NCBI GenBank assembly: GCA_964475125.1
Contig: CAYYWP010000004.1
Location: 1 to 60,438 of the forward strand
Length of the DNA: 60,438 nt
Direction of reading: 5' to 3'
DNA from: an uncultured Candidatus Binatia bacterium
Lineage (GTDB): Bacteria; Desulfobacterota; Binatia; HRBIN30; CADEER01
Of this stretch, positions 44,611-52,233 are shown in pieces. The notes beneath the pieces were generated by a model. It saw only the letters and a program-made list of their open reading frames with translations, was not told where the DNA came from and did not search any database. Numbering within the stretch: position 1 is the first letter of the stretch; every line of letters starts with the position of its first letter. Position numbers and translations under genes: made by a program.

Positions 44611-44669
44611 TAATCACTCGCCAGAAAAATCCCCTTGTTCCTTATGCTCGGGCTGGCAGGCTAGAGGGA

Positions 44670-47600
44670 ATGACGGACGGGCGTAGTGAAATGAGACGGG
44701 TGTCGGGCGGGAGAATTGGTTTGCTCGCGGCGTTGGCCGCGCTCGGGCTGGCGGCGTGCGGTGGCGGCGGTGGAAAGAGCCCGACACCGGGCGCACCGGT
44801 GCTGGATCCGATCGAAGATCAGCAGATCGAGCCGACCCGCTCGCTCGTCCTGGCGCTGACGGCCACCGACGCCGAGGGCGATCGCCTCGTCTATTCCAGC
44901 ACGGCGCTGCCCGCCAATGCCGCGCTCGTCCCGTCGACCGGCTTGTTCGTCTTCACCCCCGATGCGAGCCAGGCCGGCACGAGTCAGACCATCACCTTCA
45001 CCGTCAGCGACGGCGAGCAGGAGGACCACGAGCGCGTCCGCATCCGCGTCACTCGCTCCGTGCCGCCCACCAATCTCAGTCCCGATCTGGCGCCGATCGG
45101 CGACCACACGGTGCGCGCCGGTTCGACGCTGACCCTGCAGCAGAGCGCTACCGACCCGGAAAACGATCGGATCACCTTCAGCGTCCACCCGGCGCTGCCG
45201 CCCAATGCGACCTACGACAGCCACACGGGCCGCTTCACGTTTGCCCCGTCGGCGGCTCAGAAAGGGACGTACCCGTTCAGCTTCGTCGCCAGCGACGGCA
45301 ACAGCGCCGATTACGAAACCGTGCACATCGCCGTCACCGACGGCGACACGCCGTGCGCGGTGAGCACGCCGGCCGGGTGCGCGCCGCTGCCGACCGCCAC
45401 GCCGAGCACGCCAGCGCCCCCGTCCGCCACCCCGGCGACGCCGCCCAATCTCGTCATCACCAACCAGTGCTACACAGTTTCGTCCGGCAGCTACACGTAC
45501 AACTACGTCAACGTCGCCGAGGGTGGCCAGCTCATCTTCCTCGACGACGGCGGCACCATCGACTTCCGCGTCAGCTCGATGCTGGTGGAGCAGGGCGGCT
45601 CGGTACAGGCCGGCTCGCTCGAGTGCCCCTTCGGCTCGGCCGACGGCAAGCTGAAGATCGGCCTCTGGGGTACCGATCCGACCCAACAAGGAACGGTATT
45701 GAGCCCTACGCCGGCGGGGATCACCTGCGTCGGGACGACGATGAACCCGGGCGAGTGCTTCGATCCGGCGCTGACCGAATCGCCGCACTACTGCATGGAA
45801 CCCGATCCATCCGGGACGTGGAGCCCGAGTGACCCGTGCAACGTCACCCTGCCGAGCGATCAGCAGCAGGCCAACGGCAATGCCCTCTTCGAAGGCTACG
45901 ACGCCCTGAACTTCGACTACGGCGAGAACTACTTCGGCTACAAGGTGTTCGCCGTCAGCTATGGCGGCAGCGTGCAGTTCTTCGGTCGCAAGGGCGTCGC
46001 CGACGCGGACCTGTCGCCGACGCCGCCGACCACCTGCGACACGCCGGAGAATCAGTACGACGTCAACCAGTGGGCGGCGCTCAGCGGCTCGAGCTGGGCG
46101 CGCCTCGACCAGACGGTCAGCGCCGGCCAGACGATGGTGACGCTCGACCGCCCGGTCGATTGGGAAGAGGGCGATCAGGTCGTCGTGGCGACGACGGACT
46201 GGTACCCGAGTCACTCCGAGCTGATGGAGGTCCAGTCGGCGTCCACCACCGGCGGGCAGACGACCCTGACGCTCGACGGGCAGTTCTCATACGCTCATAA
46301 CGGGCAGACCTATGCCGTGCCGGAGACGCTGCGCACCAACGCGGGCAACCCCAACACCGAGGTCGAGCTGCGCGCCCCCGTCGGCCTGCTGACGCGCAGC
46401 ATCGTCATCTACTCGCTCGGCGAGACTCCCGACCAGCCGTTCCCGAGCCCGCCGTCGGGAAACGAGCAGCCGAGCCAGGAGTGGCTCAACTGCAGCTACG
46501 CCAACAACGGCGCGACACCATCGCCCGCTGCAACACCGTCGGCGACACCATCGGCGACGTCGTCGCCGACGGTGGCGCCCCATCCCGAGTGCTACTTCGG
46601 CGGTCACGTCATCGTGCGCCAGGGGTTTGGCACCTTCCAGGCACAAGGCGTCGAATTCCGCCAGCTCGGCCAGGGCGGCCGCATGGGGCACTATCCCATG
46701 CACTTCCACCTGGCGAAGTCGACCGACTACACCGATGCCTTCCTCAAGGACAGCTCGATCTGGGATTCGATGAACCGCTTCGTGGTCCTGCACGCCTCCC
46801 ACGGCATCACCGTGGCGCGCAACGTCGGCTTCCTCTCGATCGGCCATGCCTACTACCTCGAGGACGGCTCGGAGATCGAGAACCTGCTCTGTCACAACCT
46901 CGCCGTCTCCGTGCGCGGCGCGCTGAACGAGTTCTTCGCGGCCCAGCCGGTGCAGGATCCCTCGTACCGATTCGTGCCGCCGATCCTCGACGCCACCGAA
47001 GAAGAGGCGGGTGGGACATGTGCGTTCGGCGGCGACACGCTCCTTCCCACCGCGTTCTGGACCATGAACACCTGGAACGAGCTGGTCGGCAACGCCGCAT
47101 CCGGCGTGTACGGCTTCGGCTCCTGTTACTGGCTGCTGGGCTCGGGGGTGAGCGGACCGAGCAACAGCCCAGATTTCACCTGGTCGAAGAACACCGACTC
47201 GCCGGCCGACTACGCCGACTTCAACCTCGCCGGCACCCAGCAGGCTCCCCTCAAACGCTTTCGCGGCAACTCGTGCAGCAGCGCCGGCTACGGTCTGCAG
47301 AGCACGCTCCAAATCGAGCCGGTGGGCAACACGCCGCTGCTCACCGGCTTCACGCCCTCCACCAATCCTTACCTCACCAACAATCCGACGCAGTTCGACC
47401 GGCCGATGGTCACCGGCAACTATCTGCCGGTGAAATATGGCACCAACCCGAGCTGTGCGAGCGGCTATCCGGAGGAGAGCCAGTTCGCCTCCAACCCCGA
47501 CTACTGCGTCACCACGGTGATCGACCGCTTCACCACCTCGTTCAATCGCGCCGGCGCCAACTTCGCCGCGGTGTGGCTACGGCCGGAGTGGTTCGTGTTC

Positions 47601-50102
47601 ATGAACGGTGCGGTGACCGACCAGCTTGCCGGCGGCCTCACTTTCGTCACCGGTGGGAGCTGGACGCAGACCCCGCCCGGGTATTTCGCCATCACCAAGA
47701 ACAGCGTCTTCGTCGGCTCCACGCAGCCCGACAATCCTGACGCGGCGCCGATCGGCCCGGCCGTGTGCCCGAGCCCGACGCCGTCGACGACCTGCGCGCA
47801 AGCCTGCAGCGGCGGGGTCTGCCCGTTACCGGCCGATGGCATCGGCCTGTTCACCGGCGGCCTCAATCCGAAGCGCATGATCAGCATCTACGACGGGCCG
47901 TTCTACGCCGACGGCACGGTGTTCACCGACACGTCGCCGTTGACGTGCAACACGACGGGGCCGGCGCCGTACAACGACCCGAACGGTTGCCAGATCTACT
48001 CCTCGACTACTCAGCCGGAATACCAGAATCCGAACCCGACTCCGGGCGCGACCCCGCAGCCGCAGATGAACGTCGTCAATGCGGCGGTGGGCTGGAAGCA
48101 GCCGAACGGCTTCTATTATCCCCCGGCATTCGCCTTCCGGAAGTCCGCCTTCGATACCGCCACCTTCCGCCACAACGTCATCGATCAGTACGCCAACTAC
48201 TTGCAGGGGTCGCTGGCGGCTCCCGACTGCACGACGACGCCTTCCGGATGCCCGGCGCGCTTCGTGCCGCTCGGCGAGACGTACCCGGGCATCACGCCGA
48301 TCGACTTCTCCACCATCCTCAACGACATGGACGGCAGCTTGACCGGCTGGGTGCCGCAGGGCGGCACGCGCACTTCCTCGGTGAGCAAGAACGTCTTCTT
48401 CGACGCCCCCTCGCAGGATGCCGAGTGCCAGTCGTTCGGCGTGCAGACCGCGCCCTACGAGTTCGTGTCTTCGGTGATCGCCCCGCTCGGCGGTACGAGC
48501 CCGAATCAATACGTCGACCCCACGGTGTGGGGGATCGCCAACCTCCCCGCGGTGCCGATCTACCGCCAGCTCGCCCTGCCGGATGACCAGTGCCTGGGCG
48601 ACCAATCGGTGTGCTGCGCCCCCGGCCAGCAGGACTGCCCGGTCGGCACCGTCGGCTGTACGCGCGCCAGCTTCATGCTCGGCGGCCAGAACGGCCAGGC
48701 GCCGTACCTCACCTCGAACAACGGCGTCTACTACATCGACACCAACAAGCAGGAGGACAACCCGAGCTGCTTCATGCAGGCGCAGGTGTTCGAGCCCGGC
48801 TTCGCGGCCGATCAGTCGTACGTGCTCTACAACCTGTTCGCCAACGAGAACACCAAGGTCACCTATCAGCTTTACGTCGGCGACGGCTTCCAAGCCTCGG
48901 CCGGCCAGTGGGTGTTGGTGCAGCCGCATGTCTTCAGCACCTCCTCCGGACAGGGCGGCAATGCCACGGTGGTCACGCCCATCACCGATGCGCCGACGCT
49001 CGCCACCCTGAACGCCGGCGTGAGCGTGAGCAACGGCATCCTGCAGGTGGTCCTCAATCACTCCGCCATCGCCGACGACTATCTGTTCTCCAGCCGTCCG
49101 GACTACGACGTCTGCCTGCCGCGCGATATCTGTCAGATCGACACCAGCTCGCCGACACCGACCTCCTGCACCATCCAGGCGCAACCCAGCTTCCTCGACG
49201 GCAACGCTACCGACTACGCCGACTATCAGGCCGCCGTGACCGACATCTGCGAATACTGGGCGACTGCGACCGCCGGCCGCACCTCGCTGCCCAACACGCC
49301 GGGCGACGATGCCGACGATCCGATCTTCGCCGACTGTCCCACCGGCGGCTGCCTCGGTTACGCCTTCACCCTGCCGTCGAGCTTCACGCCCATGCCGTAT
49401 GCGGCCGTCGCGCCGACGCCCGGCTGCTTTGAGGCAGGCACCTGGAACATCTCGATGAGCTCGATCGACCCGGACTGCCCGACGCCGGCGCCTCCCGATC
49501 CCAGCGCGTTTTGCTCCGGCGGCACGCCGACGCCGACGCCAGGGACGCCCGGCGCGACGCCGACGGCTACGGCGACGAACGGCCAATTGGCTACCGCAAC
49601 TGCGACCGGTACCGGACCTGCCGCCACCGAAACGCCGACCGTTCCGCCAACCACGGCGGCCGCGACCGCGACGGCAACTCCCGGGATCGCGACGCCGACT
49701 CCCACCGGGTCGCTTCCGGAAGCAACCCCTACTCCGACACCACTCACGACTCCGACCGGCTCGCTCGTCTGGGTCTTGAACGGCAGCACCACCACGGCGA
49801 CGCTCACCGGGATATCGACCAGCGGCACGACCTATACGCAGGGGCAGCTCGCGCTGCAGGACGCGCAACAGCGCTTCTGCACCGCGACCGGAACGTTCCC
49901 GGTCCTCCAGGTCGTCGTCTCCTCGACCGACCTGCAAACGATCGGCCTATTCCCGGTCACCAGCATGGAGACCGTCGGCATCAGCGCGCTTCCCGCCGTG
50001 TCGGCCGGCACCTACGACGTGCAGATCCAGACCTTCCCCGGCTGCGACAGCACCAAACCGCCCATCTTCATCACTATGCCCAGCGCGATCATGTACGAGT
50101 GA
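44670..50102 (+). CDS. Giant lipoprotein (approx 1810 aa): two He_PIG-type Ig-like domains, a G8 domain, a CEMIP/TMEM2-like parallel beta-helix core, a long Cys-rich region, a Thr/Pro linker and an unknown C-terminal domain
   Basis: - Start: ATG 44670 or 44691 gives the signal LLAALAALGLAAC (lipobox). The 44391 start in the track is an Arg/Ser-rich artefact that overlaps the previous gene.
- Ig-like repeats: about 44796..45054 and 45087..45342 (TATDAEGDRLVYSSTALPANA... / SATDPENDRITFSVHPALPPNA...).
- G8-like region: about 45444..45675 (VNVAEGGQLIFLDDGGTIDFRVSSMLVEQGGSVQAGS...KLKIGLWG).
- Core block: GRMGHYPMHFHL...SIWDSMNRFVVLHASHGITVARNVGFLSIGHAYYLEDGSEIEN (about 46680..46880). It parallels the LGRYPIHFHL...GHCFFTEDGPEE block I recall from CEMIP. 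Confidence 0.8.
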   Translation: MTDGRSEMRRVSGGRIGLLAALAALGLAACGGGGGKSPTPGAPVLDPIEDQQIEPTRSLVLALTATDAEGDRLVYSSTALPANAALVPSTGLFVFTPDASQAGTSQTITFTVSDGEQEDHERVRIRVTRSVPPTNLSPDLAPIGDHTVRAGSTLTLQQSATDPENDRITFSVHPALPPNATYDSHTGRFTFAPSAAQKGTYPFSFVASDGNSADYETVHIAVTDGDTPCAVSTPAGCAPLPTATPSTPAPPSATPATPPNLVITNQCYTVSSGSYTYNYVNVAEGGQLIFLDDGGTIDFRVSSMLVEQGGSVQAGSLECPFGSADGKLKIGLWGTDPTQQGTVLSPTPAGITCVGTTMNPGECFDPALTESPHYCMEPDPSGTWSPSDPCNVTLPSDQQQANGNALFEGYDALNFDYGENYFGYKVFAVSYGGSVQFFGRKGVADADLSPTPPTTCDTPENQYDVNQWAALSGSSWARLDQTVSAGQTMVTLDRPVDWEEGDQVVVATTDWYPSHSELMEVQSASTTGGQTTLTLDGQFSYAHNGQTYAVPETLRTNAGNPNTEVELRAPVGLLTRSIVIYSLGETPDQPFPSPPSGNEQPSQEWLNCSYANNGATPSPAATPSATPSATSSPTVAPHPECYFGGHVIVRQGFGTFQAQGVEFRQLGQGGRMGHYPMHFHLAKSTDYTDAFLKDSSIWDSMNRFVVLHASHGITVARNVGFLSIGHAYYLEDGSEIENLLCHNLAVSVRGALNEFFAAQPVQDPSYRFVPPILDATEEEAGGTCAFGGDTLLPTAFWTMNTWNELVGNAASGVYGFGSCYWLLGSGVSGPSNSPDFTWSKNTDSPADYADFNLAGTQQAPLKRFRGNSCSSAGYGLQSTLQIEPVGNTPLLTGFTPSTNPYLTNNPTQFDRPMVTGNYLPVKYGTNPSCASGYPEESQFASNPDYCVTTVIDRFTTSFNRAGANFAAVWLRPEWFVFMNGAVTDQLAGGLTFVTGGSWTQTPPGYFAITKNSVFVGSTQPDNPDAAPIGPAVCPSPTPSTTCAQACSGGVCPLPADGIGLFTGGLNPKRMISIYDGPFYADGTVFTDTSPLTCNTTGPAPYNDPNGCQIYSSTTQPEYQNPNPTPGATPQPQMNVVNAAVGWKQPNGFYYPPAFAFRKSAFDTATFRHNVIDQYANYLQGSLAAPDCTTTPSGCPARFVPLGETYPGITPIDFSTILNDMDGSLTGWVPQGGTRTSSVSKNVFFDAPSQDAECQSFGVQTAPYEFVSSVIAPLGGTSPNQYVDPTVWGIANLPAVPIYRQLALPDDQCLGDQSVCCAPGQQDCPVGTVGCTRASFMLGGQNGQAPYLTSNNGVYYIDTNKQEDNPSCFMQAQVFEPGFAADQSYVLYNLFANENTKVTYQLYVGDGFQASAGQWVLVQPHVFSTSSGQGGNATVVTPITDAPTLATLNAGVSVSNGILQVVLNHSAIADDYLFSSRPDYDVCLPRDICQIDTSSPTPTSCTIQAQPSFLDGNATDYADYQAAVTDICEYWATATAGRTSLPNTPGDDADDPIFADCPTGGCLGYAFTLPSSFTPMPYAAVAPTPGCFEAGTWNISMSSIDPDCPTPAPPDPSAFCSGGTPTPTPGTPGATPTATATNGQLATATATGTGPAATETPTVPPTTAAATATATPGIATPTPTGSLPEATPTPTPLTTPTGSLVWVLNGSTTTATLTGISTSGTTYTQGQLALQDAQQRFCTATGTFPVLQVVVSSTDLQTIGLFPVTSMETVGISALPAVSAGTYDVQIQTFPGCDSTKPPIFITMPSAIMYE

Positions 50103-50151
50103 GCCAGCAGCCTGACGCTTGCAGGTCATGCCGTGGGCGGAGGAGGAAGGT

Positions 50152-50273
50152 ATGCCGGCGACCAAGATCGCGGTCAGCGTGCCGAGTGATCTCAGGTCGA
50201 GCGTATCCGGCGTCGCAAGGGAGTGACGCGCAGCGCCGCGGTCGAGAGCGGGCCGCGCGCCCATCGGGCGTAG
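50152..50273 (+). pseudogene. Frameshifted ribbon-helix-helix gene remnant
   Basis: GGAGGAGGAAGG precedes ATG 50152. MPATKIAVSVPSDL stops after 24 codons. The continuation VERIRRRKGVTRSAAVE (typical RHH helix region) is readable only from 50196 in another frame. Confidence 0.4.
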
Positions 50274-50282
50274 GGAAGAGAT

Positions 50283-51444
50283 GGGGACGTAGGGCCGGGG
50301 AGGCCGGGTGTGACGGACTCACCGTGGATCGGATCTGCGCAGCCAGTGCGTGCAGCGAGTGCGAAGTGAAGGGTCCTCGGCTATCCGTAACGGATGCCGC
50401 GGGGTCCGCGTCTCGATTTCAGTGGCGCCCTCCATCACGTCATCGTCCGCGGTATCGAGCGCGGGCGCATCTTCCGTGACGGTCGCGACCGCGCCGAGTG
50501 TCGCGAGCGGCTGGGCCGGGCGCTTCGTGACGGCGGCGCGGCGCTGTACGCTTGGTGCTTCATGCCCAACCATGCCCATGCGTTGGTGCGCACGGGGGCG
50601 GTTCCCCTCTCGCGGGTGATCCAGCGCTGGCTCGGTCACTACGCGGTGCGCTTCAATCTCCGCCATCGACGCGCCGGTCATCTGTTCCAGAATCGCTTTA
50701 AGAGCACCCTGGTCGAGGAGGAGCGGTATTTTCTCGAGCTGGTGCGCTACATCCACCTCAATCCTGTCCGCGGGCAACGGCCGCTTGTCACGCTCGACGG
50801 GCTGGACAACTACCGCTGGAGCGGGCACGCAGTCTTGCTCGGTCGCCAGAGTTTCGCGGCGCAAGACACGGACTTCGTCCTGCGGCAGTTTGCTGCCCGT
50901 GCCGGACCAGCGCGCAGTGGCTACCGCGCCTTCGTGCGCGCCGGAAACGGTCGGCACGCGGCGCTTGACCTGGACGGCGGCGGGCTGCGGCGCAGCGCCG
51001 GCGGTTGGTGGATGGTGCGCGTGCTGGCACGCGGCCGTGAGCGTTGGGCGCACGACGAACGGGTGCTCGGCGACGGCGAGTTCGTCAATCGCGTCGTGCG
51101 CGAATCGATCAGTGCCTTCGCCCCGCCAGCGGCGAATCCGGCAGAGCTCGTGACCAACCTGTGCGGCCGATTCGCCTCGCGGTTCGCCCTCACCCCGGCG
51201 GAGGTGGCTCGGCCGAGCCTGCGCGCCCCCGTGCTCGATGCACGTGCACTCGTGAGCGAGGCGGCCGTGCGCGAGCACGGTCTGCCCCTGACCACAGTCG
51301 GACGGCAGCTTGGCGTGTCCAAGCAGAGCATCGCTCGCGCCCTTCTGCGCGCTGCCAGGCTGCGCCACGGGCGATGACAGACCGCGGAGGCATACGCGGG
51401 TTGGCGCTCTATCCTCACCCCGGCCGACCCGGCCCTACGTCCCC
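50283..51444. mobile_element. RAYT-type unit: HUH transposase gene bracketed by 17-18-bp perfect inverted repeats
   Basis: ggggacgtagggccgggg (50283..50300) is the exact reverse complement of (c)cccggccctacgtcccc (51428..51444). Confidence 0.7.
50394..51377 (+). CDS. IS200/IS605-type Y1 HUH transposase, REP-associated (RAYT-like), with a C-terminal DnaA-domain-IV-like HTH
   Basis: MPRGPRLDFSGALHHVIVRGIERGRIF. HUH motif HAH at 50571..50579 (FMPNHAHALV). Catalytic Tyr context LVRYIHLNPV. C-terminal LPLTTVGRQLGVSKQSIARALLRA. Confidence 0.85.
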   Translation: MPRGPRLDFSGALHHVIVRGIERGRIFRDGRDRAECRERLGRALRDGGAALYAWCFMPNHAHALVRTGAVPLSRVIQRWLGHYAVRFNLRHRRAGHLFQNRFKSTLVEEERYFLELVRYIHLNPVRGQRPLVTLDGLDNYRWSGHAVLLGRQSFAAQDTDFVLRQFAARAGPARSGYRAFVRAGNGRHAALDLDGGGLRRSAGGWWMVRVLARGRERWAHDERVLGDGEFVNRVVRESISAFAPPAANPAELVTNLCGRFASRFALTPAEVARPSLRAPVLDARALVSEAAVREHGLPLTTVGRQLGVSKQSIARALLRAARLRHGR

Positions 51445-51517
51445 TTGTGGTACCCCCCCCTACGTCCCCTTGTGGTACCGCCCCTTGTGGTACCCGCTAC
51501 GTCCCCTTGTGGTACCC
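51435..51517. repeat. Tandem short repeats (CTACGTCCCCTTGTGGTACC, 3 full units plus 1 partial)
   Basis: Full units at 51435..51454, 51460..51479 and 51497..51516. Partial unit at 51481..51495. They immediately follow the right inverted repeat of the RAYT unit. Confidence 0.85.
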
Positions 51518-51762
51518 GCCAGCGGATCCTCGCCGCGCTCGAAGGCCAGGTCGTTGACGTGTTCGTCGGCGAAGGTGTTGTAGGTCTCCGGTGAGCCGGT
51601 GGCAGATCACCTGGAGGGCGCCGCGGCCCACCAGGGCCGGTCTTCCGTGCCGACTCTGGACACGGCACGCCTCTCGGTGCCAGAAAGTACCCTTCGGGTC
51701 GGGCCGTCAGGCCGGCCCGGCCACCCACGACAGCGCGACCACATCACCAAGGAGGAGCGAAG

Positions 51763-52233
51763 GTGAAGATTACCGTGACGGTAAACGGCGAGCGCCACGA
51801 GGACGACGTGCCGCCGCGCTTGTTGCTCGTCCACTGGCTGCGCGAGCAGCTGGCGCTGACCGGCACGCACATCGGCTGCGAGACGACGGTGTGCGGGGCT
51901 TGCACGGTGCACCTCGACGGCCGAGCGGTGAAGAGCTGCACGATGTTCGCGGTGCAGGCCGACGGCCGCGCCGTGACGACCATCGAAGGCCTCGGCGGCG
52001 ACGAGCTCCACCCGCTGCAGATGGGCTTCTGGGAGAAGCACGGCCTGCAGTGCGGCTACTGCACGCCGGGCATGATCATGACCGCCGCCCAGCTCCTGCA
52101 GGACGATCCGGATCCGAGCGAGGAGGCGATCCGCGCCGCGATCGAGGGCAACATCTGTCGCTGTACGGGCTACCAGCAGATCGTCGACGCGGTCCAATAC
52201 GGCGCCGCGCTGGCACGGGAGAAGCGCTCATGA
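51763..52233 (+). CDS. (2Fe-2S)-binding small subunit of a Mo-hydroxylase (CoxS-like)
   Basis: GTG start after AAGGAGGAG. Cys clusters [11 protein letters not shown] and [10 protein letters not shown]...[10 protein letters not shown]. Confidence 0.9.
   Translation: MKITVTVNGERHEDDVPPRLLLVHWLREQLALTGTHIGCETTVCGACTVHLDGRAVKSCTMFAVQADGRAVTTIEGLGGDELHPLQMGFWEKHGLQCGYCTPGMIMTAAQLLQDDPDPSEEAIRAAIEGNICRCTGYQQIVDAVQYGAALAREKRS

Noticed and set aside
44391-44669. N-terminal 93-codon extension of the giant ORF given in the track. The analogous extensions are 4816..5109, 16023..16403, 18269..18544, 37772..37900, 40590..41426 and 51591..52229.
   Set aside because: The extensions overlap the preceding, well-supported genes and are Arg/Ser/Pro-rich. 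Internal starts give proper signal peptides or conserved N-termini, often with a Shine-Dalgarno sequence or ATGA/TGATG coupling.
51518-51640. Possible minus-strand gene remnant (..SPETYNTFADEHVNDLAFERGEDPLAG, and in another frame [19 protein letters not shown]) running into the tandem repeats next to the RAYT unit.
   Set aside because: Only about 30 protein-like codons are open in any one frame, with no start and no recognisable family. That is too short to distinguish from chance.
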